A stretch of DNA of 63,580 nucleotides, the filler included, from Pirum gemmata (Eukaryota), in the NCBI GenBank assembly GCA_002812295.1. It is 14 parts of 14 records of this genome, joined end to end, with 100 filler letters (N's around TTAATTAATTAA, not from the genome) between each part and the next. Parts side by side here need not be neighbours in the genome. Positions count along the whole stretch, not along the records: positions 12,392 to 16,445 come from PDIN01001583.1; positions 16,546 to 20,598 come from PDIN01001584.1; positions 20,699 to 24,500 come from PDIN01001585.1; positions 24,601 to 28,610 come from PDIN01001586.1; 10 more parts are not named here. One strand, given 5' to 3'. This document shows positions 13,434 to 25,887 of this stretch, piece after piece (within the stretch, counting starts at the first letter, position 1; each line of letters starts with the position of its first letter). A program made the translations under genes and the position numbers. The notes below the pieces were generated by a model that was given only the letters and a program-made list of their open reading frames with translations, made no database searches and was not told the origin of the DNA.

Positions 13434-13787
13434 GTTTGTTTAATAAAGTAAATTTATAATGCACCGCTTTTTTCTAAATCATAAATAAAACTGTCAAGTA
13501 AAATTTTGTTTTGTTTTGTTTTGTTTTATTTTTGTTGTTTTTGTTGTTTTTTTGATGTTTTTTTTTTTGGTTAGTTTTTTTTGTTTTTTGTTTTTTGTTT
13601 TTTGTGTTTTTTTATGCGTTTGTTCTCTTTTATAATTATTATATAATTATGACATTTGATTTTCGGGTTTTTTTTTTTGTTTTTTTTTCTACAGTTTTGT
13701 ATTAGAGCCTATGTAGTTTTTTTTTTTAGTTTTTTTTTTAAAAAATTATTGTTTTTTTGTTTTTTTTTTTTTTTTTTTTTTTTTTAT

Positions 13788-13825
<38 letters not shown>

Positions 13826-14907
13826 ACTGTTGGATAATCATATAACTCAAAATCAGTTGGCCATTTACTAAAGGCCATTTGCAGTTTTGCTGGTTGATTC
13901 GTGGTTTCAAATTACCAGTATAGCAGTCTATGCTATATGGTCAATATAGTATGATCAGTAATACTCTGTATGGATGAGGTCAGTATGATCATTGGTCCCA
14001 TTGGTCAGTGCCGACTTAGTAGTCACCACCAATTTGCACCCAACACCAACACCAAGACTCTATCTAGACTAGAAGGGGCTGTGTGCCAATCACTGACTTG
14101 TAGAACTTTTTAGAGTCTGTAGGCCTCCCGGTTTATGGTAGACTATGATTGCTTTTGGTAGGTTTTCTGACTAGTCTTTCCATTCTGTCCAGTAGTCTTT
14201 CGATTCTTTCCCTAGCTAGCTAGAGCTAGCTAGTAGTCTTTCCATTTTTCCAGCTCTCCGGGTGGCACTTTGTGCCTAATTCAAGCCAATAAATAATAGA
14301 CTAATCTATTCAATATAATAGTACATATCATATGATAATATTATGTGCTCTAGCTAGGTAACTACGACAGCTAGCTAGTTGTTGTTGTTGTAGTTATTGT
14401 TGTTGCTATTGTTGTTGTTGTTGTACAATCACATGTTACTTATTATGTATGTTGTACTATGCTTCTTTTTTTATTAATTAAAATATATATTTGTTACAAT
14501 TAATTGTTGTTTAATAGCTACTATAGCTAGCTAGCTAGGGCTGTGCTGGTTAGTCTACTCTAGCCACGGTAGCCTGAGGATTCACACTGGTTCACACTGA
14601 ACTGTAGAGTCTAAGATGTGTCATACATATCATAGGATGTTGTCTAGTTAACTAGCTAGAGTCTAGTGTAGAGTAGAAGCCTCTACTGCTCTAACTACTA
14701 ACAGTATGTCATAGCTAGCTAGCTAGCTAGCTAGTCCAGACTCCAGAGGACACCTCTATCATACTACTACTATCATGATAGCTAGCTAGCTAGCTAGCTA
14801 GGCTCTACCTTTTATCCCAGTAAAAAATTTCAAAAAGGTGTATTTCCAGTCTACTTTTGAAACGCCCACTACTCTAGCTAGTAGACTAGTAGTAGTCTAG
14901 TTTAGAG

Positions 14908-14974
14908 TATCGTCTATTTCATCATAGCTGTCCTCTCAATCTTTAATTTGGTACTGTTTAATTAAGTGTATATA
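14908..14974 (+). mobile_element. MITE family B, 5' fragment
   Basis: TATCGTCTATTTCATCATAGCTGTCCTCTCAATCTTTAATTTGGTACTG. Confidence 0.7.
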
Positions 14975-15108
14975 CCGGTATGAGACTAGCTACTAGCTAG
15001 CTAGCTAGCAGGGGGGGCAGGACTCCAAACTCCAAACAGGGTGTCAGGGACACTCAAACAGCTGCTCTCAAAGTCTCAATAGACTATCATATAGACTATG
15101 TATAAATG

Positions 15109-15189
15109 TATAGTGCTTTTCAGTTGTTTTGTCATCATAAAGTATACAATAAAGAGTACCAAATTAATACAATATAAATCCATTTAATT
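15109..15189 (-). mobile_element. MITE family A fragment
   Basis: TATAGTGCTTTTCAGTTGTTTTGTCATCATAAAGTATACAATAAAGAGTACCAAATT. Confidence 0.75.
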
Positions 15190-16307
15190 GAAAAGAACAA
15201 TATATATAAAAAAAAAGAAAAAAGAAAAATCTTTATAAATATGATATATCTGATCATATCATCTGACTATCAATATCATAGTTAGTAGGATATTTAATAT
15301 ATCATATAGTTATTATAGCAGTTATCAGTGCTTATCACTAGCTAGCTAGGCTTATGATAAGGCTTATCACTAGCTAGCTAGGTGCTTATCAGTGTTATTA
15401 ATCACTAGTAATAATTTTTTTTTTTATCATAAATTAAAAAAAAAAAAAAAAAAAAAAAAGTTCATTAGGCAATTAGACATTACCTGGTAGATAGATTCAA
15501 TTAGACTCAATTAGACTGGCGATTAGTCTACTTCTTGACTTTCTGTCACTTTTTTAACAATAATGTTCTAAAATTAGAATAATTAGCGTAAATTAGGCAA
15601 AAAGTTTTCATTTCCATTGGTCTATCATATGTACCTACTTATAAATATGGTATTCTATGGCTATCATAGTAGTCTATAGGAGCTGAGCAGCTAATTTTCA
15701 GTGTGACCTTACATAGTTCATTACATCTATCTATCATACTATCAGATATTATTATAGCTAGCTAGGAGTTAGCTAGCTAGGCCAGTCTATTATATACTTC
15801 TATTATCTTATTATATCAAAAAAAACAAAAAAAAAAAAAAAAAAAAAGTAGAAAAAAAATTGTAGTAAGTAATCGAGTGGATTTTGGAAACCCAATTTTG
15901 CTCAACTTTGCAAAGTCAATTAGGGAAATTTCCCTAATTCCCTCGTGTTACTATCATGTACAGCTTATCATACCGCAAAGAAAAGATTTTTTAAAAAAAT
16001 TTTAATTTGTGGCCAGCCAAACGGTTTATGCTAAAATGCAACAAAAACTTCAAAAATAAAAATTCTTTTTTTAGTATTAAAATGTTGTTTTTTAAATAAA
16101 ATAATTATTAGTAGCTTTATTACTGAAATGATATAACGATATCGATAGCTTATACACTAAAAAATTGTAATTTTCAAAATTTCAATTTACATTCAATTTT
16201 ACTTATAAATAACCTCCACACCCCTGTTTGGCTGTTTGGAGTCTTTGGACACAAATTAAATCTTTTCTTTGCGCGTGCAAGTAATATCTATTCAAGTATT
16301 TTGTTAT

Positions 16308-16445
16308 TATAGTACTTTTCAGTTGTTTTGTCATCATAAAGTATACAATAAATAGTACTCTAAATTAATAAAATATAAACCCCTTTAATTTAATTTGGTA
16401 TATTTTATTATCTATTTATTGATTTAAAAAAATGACAATTTAAAG
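16308..16445 (-). mobile_element. MITE family A, cut by contig end
   Basis: TATAGTACTTTTCAGTTGTTTTGTCATC plus family A body. Confidence 0.75.
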
Positions 16446-16564
16446 NNNNNNNNNNNNNNNNNNNNNNNNNNNNNNNNNNNNNNNNNNNNTTAATTAATTA
16501 ANNNNNNNNNNNNNNNNNNNNNNNNNNNNNNNNNNNNNNNNNNNNTTTTTTGTTTTTTTTTTTT

Positions 16565-16808
16565 TTAACACTCATTCTTAATAAAACTGAAAAATCCGCC
16601 GTATGAGCTCAAAATCTGAAGAAATATTAAAATTTTCCAATTTTAATGAAAGTGCTATCAAAATTTCAGAAATATTTTAACTAAAAAAACTCTATTATGA
16701 ACCAATGGCTAGTTTTGAATAATAATTTGGCTAGTTATAATGATAGATTTTCAAAAAAAAGAAGTCTAAAAAAATGGTTTCCGCAGTTTTATCCGGAAGT
16801 AGTGTTAA
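16565..16808 (-). mobile_element. MITE family C, diverged full-length copy with TTAA on both sides
   Basis: TTAA-CACTCATTCTTAATAAAACTG ... CAGTTTTATCCGGAAGTAGTG-TTAA; internal CTCTATTATGAACCAATGGCTAG matches family C. Confidence 0.75.
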
Positions 16809-16880
16809 ATTTTTAAAAACAAAATAAAAAAAATCAAAAGTTACTTATGTTGAAACTTGAAACTACTGCTAGTTAGTAGT

Positions 16881-17008
16881 TTTAATTTGGTACTGTTTAA
16901 GTATATAGTTTAACTTGTTAATAATACCAAATTAATCAAAAAATGTCTGATAGTACAACCATAATAATAATTTGGTAGGTTTATTTCAGTTTTTGAACTG
17001 AGCAGCAC
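16881..17008 (+). mobile_element. MITE family B, internal fragment
   Basis: TTTAATTTGGTACTGTTTAAG...TTTATTTCAGTTTTTGAACTG. Confidence 0.7.
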
Positions 17009-17021
17009 GAAATTCAAACTA

Positions 17022-17158
17022 AGGGAGTGTTCAAATAATACGTCACGTCAAGGGGTAGGTAGGTAGGTGGTACTTGACCGGAAATTAACGTCAAGGGGGT
17101 AGATAGGTAGGGGGGTATTTGAAGCTGTATTTGACTGGAAATTGGTAGTATTTGAAAC
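17022..17158 (+). mobile_element. MITE family F (PIF/Harbinger-like terminus)
   Basis: TAA-GGGAGTGTTCAAATAATACG ... GTAGTATTTGAAAC; internal GGTAGGTAGG blocks; homologous to the copies at 35234 and 57157. Confidence 0.7.
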
Positions 17159-17195
17159 TTTGTTATTAGATCTATTATTATTTCGATTATTATTT

Positions 17196-17382
17196 TATTG
17201 TGTTTTTCATTTACTTTGTCACATTGAATATTTATTTTTATTTGGTTGTTTATAATATTTAAATTGATACTTTTAATTAATAATAAATATATAATAAATT
17301 ATACCAAATTAAATAAAATGGATTTATATTGTATTAATTTGGTACCATTTATTGTATATTTTATGATGTGAAAAGCACGATA
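17196..17382 (+). mobile_element. MITE family A
   Basis: TATTGTGTTTTTCATTTACTTTGTCAC...TGAAAAGCACGATA. Confidence 0.8.
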
Positions 17383-17747
17383 GACTCGACGATAGACTAA
17401 ACTATTCTATGTTTAATTAAAAGCTAACTAGCTAGCTAGCTAGCTAGACCTGGTCTAGCTAGACTTGGTCTTAGTCTGTGGTCTTAGTCTACCCCGAGTA
17501 AGGGAGAAAGAAGGTGTGATTTTTTTGTTTCGCATTTGTTAAAAATAAGTTAAAAATGGCACTTTTTATGGTAGTAAATTATACTACAAAATGTTGCTAA
17601 ATAATAATATGGTAGCTTTTATTAACAATTTGGCATTATTTGATTCTGTATATTATTTTAAAAAAAGAAAAACCAAAAATAGTAAGAAAAAGTCTGAAGA
17701 GCATCCGCGAGTAAGATGTTTTTTCGCAATTTCAGCGCAATGGGTTT

Positions 17748-17786
<39 letters not shown>

Positions 17787-18456
17787 AAAAATAAGAAAAC
17801 CACTTCACCACCCACAATAAACATATCGTGCCCAAACAGGGCAGTCAAACAGGGCCGTATTTACTATATGACGTCATTATTTTATATAGTAGTTTTTCCT
17901 CTCTTCGTTTTTTTGAATAGACTATTATCTAAACCGCATTTTTCTTTAGACACCCAACTTTTTCTTTTTTACCTTTTTTGATAAAATTTTATTCAGCGAT
18001 ATTTATAATGATAAACCTTTTTTTAATAAAAATTTTATAGAAAGGTAATTTAGTTAGGGTTAGGGTTAGGGTAGCCTGGGTAGAAGGGTTTTAGGGAGTT
18101 AGGGTTAGGGTTAGGGGCTATGGGAGACATTATTAGGTTAGCTAGGGTTAGGGTTGGGTTTAGGGTCAGTGTGTAGGGTTACTGCAGGGTGGGTAAGGGT
18201 AAGGGTCAAGGGTAATAAATTGACTACCAGTTAGCTAGTTACTTCGAGTAGTAGTGCGTTGTTCCAGTATCATCATCCTCTTTTGGTAAATTCAAAACCT
18301 TGCACTTCGCCACAAATAGCTCTAGCCATAATAAAAGACAAAAAGTTGACTCAGCCGATGGAAAAAAGAAAAAAAGCTAGAGAAAAAAAGAACCTCAAGT
18401 AATACATGTGTGAACCTACTAGCATTTTATTGATTGAAGTCCTTGATTTATATAAT

Positions 18457-18659
18457 TATTATGCTTTTCATTTGTTTTGCCACTCTCAATATTTATTTGG
18501 TTAGTTATAATATTTAATTTGACGTTTTTAAATGCATAAGTAGATAATAAAATATACCAAATTTTAAATGAAATGGATTTATATAGTATTAATTTGGTAT
18601 TAAATACTCTTTATTGTATATTAAATTTTTATGATGACAAAACAACTGAAAAACACTAG
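18457..18659 (+). mobile_element. MITE family A
   Basis: ATGCTTTTCATTTGTTTTGCCACTC...GATGACAAAACAACTGAAAAACACTAG. Confidence 0.8.
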
Positions 18660-18815
18660 ACCGACGTCTATAGTATTATTTTCACTTTCTTGAAGTCCTT
18701 GGTCTATAATAATAATAACAAATTTAAAATAATTGACAATGAATTGAAAATTTCAATCCTACATCCTGCTGATTCCTGCACAATGACAAATTGAAATTGA
18801 TTTTGACTTGTTTTG

Positions 18816-19503
18816 GGTTAGCGTTATTGTTAGCGTTAGCGTTATTGTTAGCGTTAGCGTTAGTGTTAGCGTTAGGGTTAAGGCTAGGGTTAGTTCACGG
18901 TTAGGGTTAGGGCTAGCTAGGGCTAGGGCTAGGGTTAGATTTAGCGTTAGTTAGGGATAGGGTTAGAGGGTGGGTTATGGGTTCACTCCTATAGCTACGG
19001 TCAGGGTTAACGTTAGGGTTAGGGTTAACGTTAGGGTTAGGGTTAACGTAAGGGTTAGGGTTAACGTTAGGGTTAGGGTTAACGTTAGGGTTAGGGTTAA
19101 CGTTAGGGTTAGGGCTCTCGGCTAGAAGGGCTGGGTTACGACTAGGGTTAGGATAAAAAATAGGATTAGGGCTTTATAACGTTAGGGACTGTTAGGGTTA
19201 GGACTAGGGGTTAGCTAGGGCTAGGAACTACTTAGGGTTAGGGTTAGGGTTATTGAAAGCAACAATATAACAATCACTAGTGGCGCTAATAGAACAACAA
19301 CAAGTACTTTTACGAGCTCGAGGTAGTAATTGAAGTTGTGTTTGGTTAGAATAAGGATGAGAGGTAGGGGTGGGAGATAGGGATTCGGGTCAGAGGGACT
19401 TTTTAGGGGTAAGGGTAGGGGTTAGGGTTTGTGGGGCTTAATTAGGGTTAGGGGTTAGGGTTTGTGGGGCTTAATTAGGGTTAGGGGTTAGGGGTTAGGG
19501 GTT
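18816..19503 (+). repeat. Long variant telomere-like tract (TTAGGG, TTAGCG, CTAGGG, TTAACG)
   Basis: Includes six 18-bp units GGTTAACGTTAGGGTTAG at 19005-19113. A further tract lies at 18053-18210. Confidence 0.85.
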
Positions 19504-20269
19504 ATTAATTAATTAAGGGTAATAAAGGTGTAATTGATAAAATTAAAAACAATGCTAAGAATAATTTAACTTAATTAAAACTTTTAAAAACAACCATACC
19601 TCAATAAAGTAAAGCGACATTACATGCACGTGAACATGTATTTAACAGTTAGAATGTACTAATATTCATATTATGATATCATAAAATTATCAATAATTAT
19701 GTAAAAGAGAAGATAGAAACGAATTTACCCTAATTATGATCAAAAAAAATAAAGCTAGTGTCTATTTTATATAAAAACACCTAACCAATTAATTTTGAGG
19801 GGAGAAAAAGTTAGTTGTTTTTTGATAACTTATCAAAACACTTTTAAAAATAACCACTTCCCTTGGTCAGTTGAACTTGAGTTAACCACAACATTCTTTT
19901 TTGGCTTTATAAATCGGGTCCCCAAAAACAGACTAACAATAAAATAAAGGGATAAATGACGTCATTACTAAATCGAGAAGTTTTCGAGTAATCTATTATT
20001 ATACTAAACTAATTGAAATTCGAAAATGTTTAAGTATATATTCGAAAATGTTTAAAAATTTATATATATTTTCAAATAATTTTTCGGCCCCCTCCTAATA
20101 CTAGCCTCCTAAAAAGAAAAAGAATTTTACACAATAGAAAAATTAGCCAATAAAAAAAATGCGGGGTTTGCGCTTCTGGGAACTTTGTGGAACTTTCCCC
20201 TCTCTAGCTGCTGCTAGCTAGCTAGCTAGCAGTAATTATTTTCGAATCAAACATAAACTATACCTACCG

Positions 20270-20598
20270 CAGGTTAGGGTTAAACAGGGGCTTGCTCTAG
20301 CTACTAGCTATAGAGGGGTTGGGGGTTGGTTAGTTAGGGTCAGGGGTTAGTTCTCAGGGGGAACTCCTCCCTAACCCTAACCCCTCCCTAACCCTAACCC
20401 CTCCCTAACCCTAACCCCCTCCTAACCCTTATAACCCTAACCCTAACCCTAACCCTAACCCTAATCCCTTCCTAACCCTAACCCCTCCCTAACCCTAAAA
20501 CCCACCTAACCCTAACTCCTAACCCCTCCCTAACCCTATCCCCTAAACCCACAGCCCCTAACCCCACAACCCCTAACCCCTAAACCCCATAACCCTAT
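20270..20598. repeat. Degenerate TTAGGG tract facing a (CCCTAA)n tract
   Basis: G-strand units at 20270-20350, then C-strand units from 20369 to the contig end, including a repeated CCCTAACCCTAACCCCT unit. Confidence 0.8.
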
Positions 20599-20971
20599 NN
20601 NNNNNNNNNNNNNNNNNNNNNNNNNNNNNNNNNNNNNNNNNNTTAATTAATTAANNNNNNNNNNNNNNNNNNNNNNNNNNNNNNNNNNNNNNNNNNNNAT
20701 AACAGTATAAGTGGTTGAGTGGTCTAATATAAATAAATTAAAAAAAAAAAAAAAACGTTTTTTCAAAAATATTATTATTGGATAGGAATATGATAGGATT
20801 ACCTTATTTATAAAATTTAATATTAATATATCGATACGATTCGATAGTATAGACCTATATATATATAGGTAAACTGTAGACAAATCGTAGACACATGCTA
20901 AAAAAAAAGACACATTTATAATTTTGATCAAAAATTTATATTCGAGCTTTATTATTATTATTATTATTATT

Positions 20972-21219
20972 TTAACAGCCAAGCCGGATAAAGCTGTAGA
21001 CATCTTTTTTTTTTGACTTCTTTTCTAAAAATCTTTAAAATGCTAACTAGCCAAATTGTTTTTAAAAACTGGTCATTGATTCATAAAATGCTAACTAGCC
21101 AAATTGTTTTTAAAAACTGGTCATTGATTCATAATAGAGTTTTCTTAGTCAGATGATTTCTCAAAATTTGGTATTACTTTTATCAAAATTGGAGCATTTT
21201 GAGATTTTTTGGATTTTTG
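20972..21219 (+). mobile_element. MITE family C with an internal tandem duplication of about 48 bp
   Basis: Starts TTAA-CAGCCAAGCCGGATAAAG; AAAATGCTAACTAGCCAAATTGTTTTTAAAAACTGGTCATTGATTCAT occurs twice. Confidence 0.8.
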
Positions 21220-21673
21220 TCTGAACAAAGTTTTTAAAACTTAATTATTGTGATAGTGATAACATACCCTGGTTTTAAGTCTACCATTTTTGCCTTTGCC
21301 TTTCGAGTTTTTTTTTTGTTTACAATAAAAAAAAAAGACAAATTCGAGTCTGAAAAAAAGGAATCTGGCCCTTGTCATCCTCTTTCATCCTATACGTCTA
21401 TACAATAATGAATACTAATATGGATTGTTCAACAGGTTCAACAGGCGGCTCAAAACTGTAAAACAGCCAATAGCCTGTCATTCTAAGTTATAAATTAGTG
21501 ATAACCAAAAAAACCAAAAAAAAAAACCAAAAAAAAAAAAAAAANNNNNNNNNNNNNNNNNNNNNNNNNNNNNNNNNNNNNNNNNNNNNNNNNNNNNNNN
21601 NNNNNNNNNNNNNNNNNNNNNNNNNNNNNNNNNNNNNNNNNNNNNNNNNNNNNNNNNNNNNNNNNNNNNNNNC

Positions 21674-21781
<108 letters not shown>

Positions 21782-22811
21782 TTCAACAGCAGCAATTTGC
21801 CCCCTCCTGAAAAATTTACAGTATTTTCACTAAAAAAAATTTTTTTTAGCATCGATGTTTATGCATCATGTGACCTTTCTGATTTAAAAAAAATTTTAAA
21901 CCAATTAAATTAAAAAGCTAATCTAGAGCTTAAAACAGGCAAACTTTTATTGAATTTTCTTCATAGCATCATTATTACCCATTCTATAATAAACACTTAT
22001 ATTTTGTTGCCACACAAATTGAGACAATCACTAAAAAAAAAAAAAAAAAAAAAACTGATGGTCACAAGTCCACAGGATATGTATAACATTGTATATCGAT
22101 ATGATAGTGATAATGATATATCACTGTCAGTGTCACAGGTCAGTGTCAGTGTCAGTTGGCCACTGTTGGCCCCTATCAGTTGAGTCGATTGAGATTCTGA
22201 GATGACGACCTATCATGGCTGGACTATACATATATTTACTATCTATAGACGGGTCTCGGCCAGCCTAGCTAGAGCTAGCTACTAGCTAGGCTAACAGGTC
22301 CGCTAACCCATAGGCTAACCCACTGGGCTAACCCATGTGAAAAAGTGTGAAAACGGAAAACAGAGAAATTTATTAGTTCATAATTATCATAATAATATTA
22401 TCATATTATGTGAAAACAGAAAACAAAGAAAACAAAAAATTTACAAATAAAGACTCACAAAATATATATTACCACTCAACCAATGCCACCCTTTAATACT
22501 CCCAAAGACCCCAGTCACCCCACCCTCCACGGGCCTCCAGTGGGCCTAGCTAGTAGTCCAGTGGGCCTCCACCAGTTTGTAATTATTATTACTAGCTAGG
22601 CCCGACTCCGCCCGAGTGGAGTATCATACAAAAAAAATTATTACACATTTTCTTTTTTGGAAGTATAATTTTTTTCTGATAGGAACTATAGTGAACTATA
22701 TCATTTATTTATATGATACATATAATATAGGTAGTATGCATACATATCAAGAGGTCTAAGGTGTGAAGAAATGAAACTGGGCAGCCCAAATTAAAATACA
22801 TTAATTAAAAA

Positions 22812-22968
22812 TTGTCCTCTCAATCTTTAATTTGGTATTCCTTAAGTGTATAATTGAACTTGTTTATAAGATACATGTACAACATTAAATATAAAATACC
22901 AAATTAATTAAAACATGTCTGATATATTTTAAACGCAAATAACGTTTATTTCAGTTTTTGAACTGGAC
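22812..22968 (+). mobile_element. MITE family B, both ends eroded
   Basis: TTGTCCTCTCAATCTTTAATTTGGTA...TTTATTTCAGTTTTTGAACTGGAC. Confidence 0.75.
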
Positions 22969-23302
22969 TATCCTGTTGTTAATTTGGAGGGTGTTTAATT
23001 AAAACGTCATTGCTGTTGCTATAATTATATTATATATTACAGTTCATGTTACTATCGTTATCATTATCGTCAATTATTGTGCAGCATATATAATAATTAT
23101 ATTTATAATTAATCGTTAACGTTCTTGTTGTTGTTGTTATTGTTTTTTGTGCCACTATATCAGGTAGTGCTAGTTTATTTTATTTTTTTGTTGTAGCTTG
23201 TTTTGTTAATTTTTTACTATTATATATATTGTTTATAAAATTATGTGGATTAAAATTTTGTGGATTAATTTTGTTATTGTTATAATAATTAATTAATTAA
23301 TG

Positions 23303-23513
23303 TTGTTTTGTTATTTTGTTATTGTTAATTTTTTTTGTTATTTGTTATTTTGTTATTTTGTTATTTTGTTATTTTGTTATTTTGTTATTTTGTTATTTTG
23401 TTATTTTGTTATTTTGTTATTTTGTTATTTTGTTATTTTGTTATTTTGTTATTTTGTTATTTTGTTATTTTGTTATTTTTGTTATTTTATTATTTTGTTA
23501 TTTTGTTATTTTG
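23303..23513 (+). repeat. (TTGTTATT)n 8-mer repeat
   Basis: More than 20 near-perfect units; source of the LLFCYFVI spurious ORFs. Confidence 0.95.
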
Positions 23514-25017
23514 AAATAGATGACACAAAATACATTAATATTAATTATGAATTACTAATACTATAGCTAGTAACTCAGTGTAACTCTTTATTAGTATCAT
23601 AAAGACTAATAGAAAATTACACCTTGTTTTGCGGCGTTTTGCTCTAAGCATCTCTCTAGATCTGTTTTTCTAACATCCATCGATATCTGATAATCATCTC
23701 TTATAAGTTATAATTATTATTACTTTAATACTATTCTATTCTTTTAATTAAATAATAAATGAAATTGCAATAAATCATAATATTTGTACAAACTGTTATT
23801 ATACAATATTAATGTTATTTTATTCAATATAATATTTAATTAAACATTATAAAATTATATATGACATTGTGTTAATTATAAATTATCTACTTTATCTTTA
23901 TCTTTATTTTTATTTTTATTTACTATGTATGAGATTGGTATTCCAAGCTTAGGTATTCCAATTTCCAAGCTGTTATTATTATTATTATTTAAATCTTTTT
24001 AATTAATATAAATTAAATTACAAAATATAGTTTAATTAATTACATGTAGCTAATTAGCTTATATCCATAGTTATAATATATTGTCCAGTAAGGGAAAAGG
24101 GAATTTCGAAGCATTAAAATATTGAATGCTCTACTGTAAAATATACATATTCTTGTATACGTTGTTGTTGGTTATAATATTATACTAAGCCTTGGAGTAC
24201 TAATTCACGCATTATGTGTTTGAAAACACATAATATTGTTTTTTGTATTGTTGTTGTTATTAATATATCATAGTCTAGCTAGTAGTATTTTTTTGAAAAG
24301 CTTTTTTAAAATTAAGCTTGAGCATTCGAAAGTTTGCCATACTAAGTAATGTAGTGTATTATAATATTATAAATAATATTAATATATTGTCAAGTGTTTG
24401 TGGAAGTGTTAACGTTGTGGAAATGACCATTGTATTAGATTTATAGTGCTTTTCAGTTGTTTTGTCATCTGTTAAACCTGGGGATAACCACTACGCTAGC
24501 NNNNNNNNNNNNNNNNNNNNNNNNNNNNNNNNNNNNNNNNNNNNTTAATTAATTAANNNNNNNNNNNNNNNNNNNNNNNNNNNNNNNNNNNNNNNNNNNN
24601 AATAATAATAATAATAATAATATAAAAAATCACGGATCAAAGGTACTAGTTAAAAGATTTTTACTATTATAAATATATATAGTTGTGAGCGTTTTTAAAT
24701 TAAATCGACGCTGGTTGAAGTCATAAGGGCTCTGAGTGGTAACGTTATTTTATACTCTTGATTACATGACATCATACTACATCATGTTAAATAGTAATAT
24801 GTGGTTTTTAATTTTAATATCAACGTTTCTTACAAATTGTATTTTAGTATTAATATCAATATAGATTTTCCTCTCAATCAGTTGTGAAAGACTGTGAAAG
24901 TATAATTTTCGAAATAGTTTCTCTAGTGAATGAATTTCGAAGACTAACAAAATAAAATACAGACTAGTATAATATTAATATTATAATATTAATATTAATA
25001 TTTTAATATTAATATTA

Positions 25018-25194
25018 TATCATGTTTTTCAATAGTGTTGTCCAGTTCAAAAATTGAAATAAGCTTACCAAATTATAATTAATTGGTCATGTTTTAATTA
25101 ATTTGATGATATTTTACATTTATAAAAAAGTTCAATTATACAATTGAACGGTACCAAATTAAAGATAGAAAGGGCAACTGTGAAATAGACGATA
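25018..25194 (-). mobile_element. MITE family B
   Basis: TATCATGTTTTTCAATAGTGTTGTCCAGTTC...TGAAATAGACGATA. Confidence 0.8.
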
Positions 25195-25246
25195 CGTATA
25201 CTATTGATAAATAATAATAAAGAAAACGCTAATAATTTTATTAATT

Positions 25247-25376
25247 TATCGTGCTTTTCAGCTGGTTTGTCATCATAAATTTTACAATCTAATTATTAAT
25301 TTAATAATATCAATTTAAATATTATAACCAACAAAATAAATATTCAGAGTGATAAAATAAATGAAAAGCAACAATA
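25247..25376 (-). mobile_element. MITE family A, internally deleted
   Basis: TATCGTGCTTTTCAGCTGGTTTGTCATC...AAATATTCAGAGTGATAAAATAAATGAAAAGCA. Confidence 0.75.
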
Positions 25377-25399
25377 CCACTCAGATTGTGCGTACTAGC

Positions 25400-25664
25400 T
25401 AGGAGGGGTGACACCTATATAAGAGTCCTATAATAAGTAAATGTCCCTTAAATTGGCACTAATTCCGCAACCCGCAGCCATTTACGACTTTCTAATTAAG
25501 TAAATTACAAGTCATAAATAGTAAAATAATTTGTTTTTTTTGGAACAGTCTTAGTATAGTAGCTTAAGTTACTATAAATAGGTTAACTTTTCTATAAAAA
25601 GCAAATCGCAGCCGCAGTGGAAAAAGAAATTCAGAGTCATATTGGAGGGGTGTCACCCTTCCTG
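25400..25664. mobile_element. Candidate MITE E (single copy in this window)
   Basis: Inverted termini TAGGAGGGGTGACACC ... GGTGTCACCCTTCCTG (14 of 16 match). Confidence 0.55.
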
Positions 25665-25687
25665 TTTGCTGCAGTAGGCATTGGGTT

Positions 25688-25887
25688 TAGACTTCTCCGA
25701 ATTCTGCCCGGGCAGAATTTGGCCTTTTTCGAGAAATGACAAAATGGTGTTTTTCCTCTCTAACTCGATCAAAAATTAATTTTTTAGACAAACAGACCAG
25801 AAATTCTGCTCGGCAGAAATCGAGCTTTTCGGGGCAGAAGGCAGAAGCAGAAAGTCAAGTTTTAGGGGCAGAATTCGGAGAAGTCTA
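25688..25887 (+). mobile_element. MITE family D, hAT-like, with 8-bp target duplication
   Basis: Perfect 22-bp TIR TAGACTTCTCCGAATTCTGCCC / GGGCAGAATTCGGAGAAGTCTA; ATTGGGTT on both sides (25680-25687, 25888-25895). The right end plus flank is duplicated at about 25911-25980. Confidence 0.88.
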
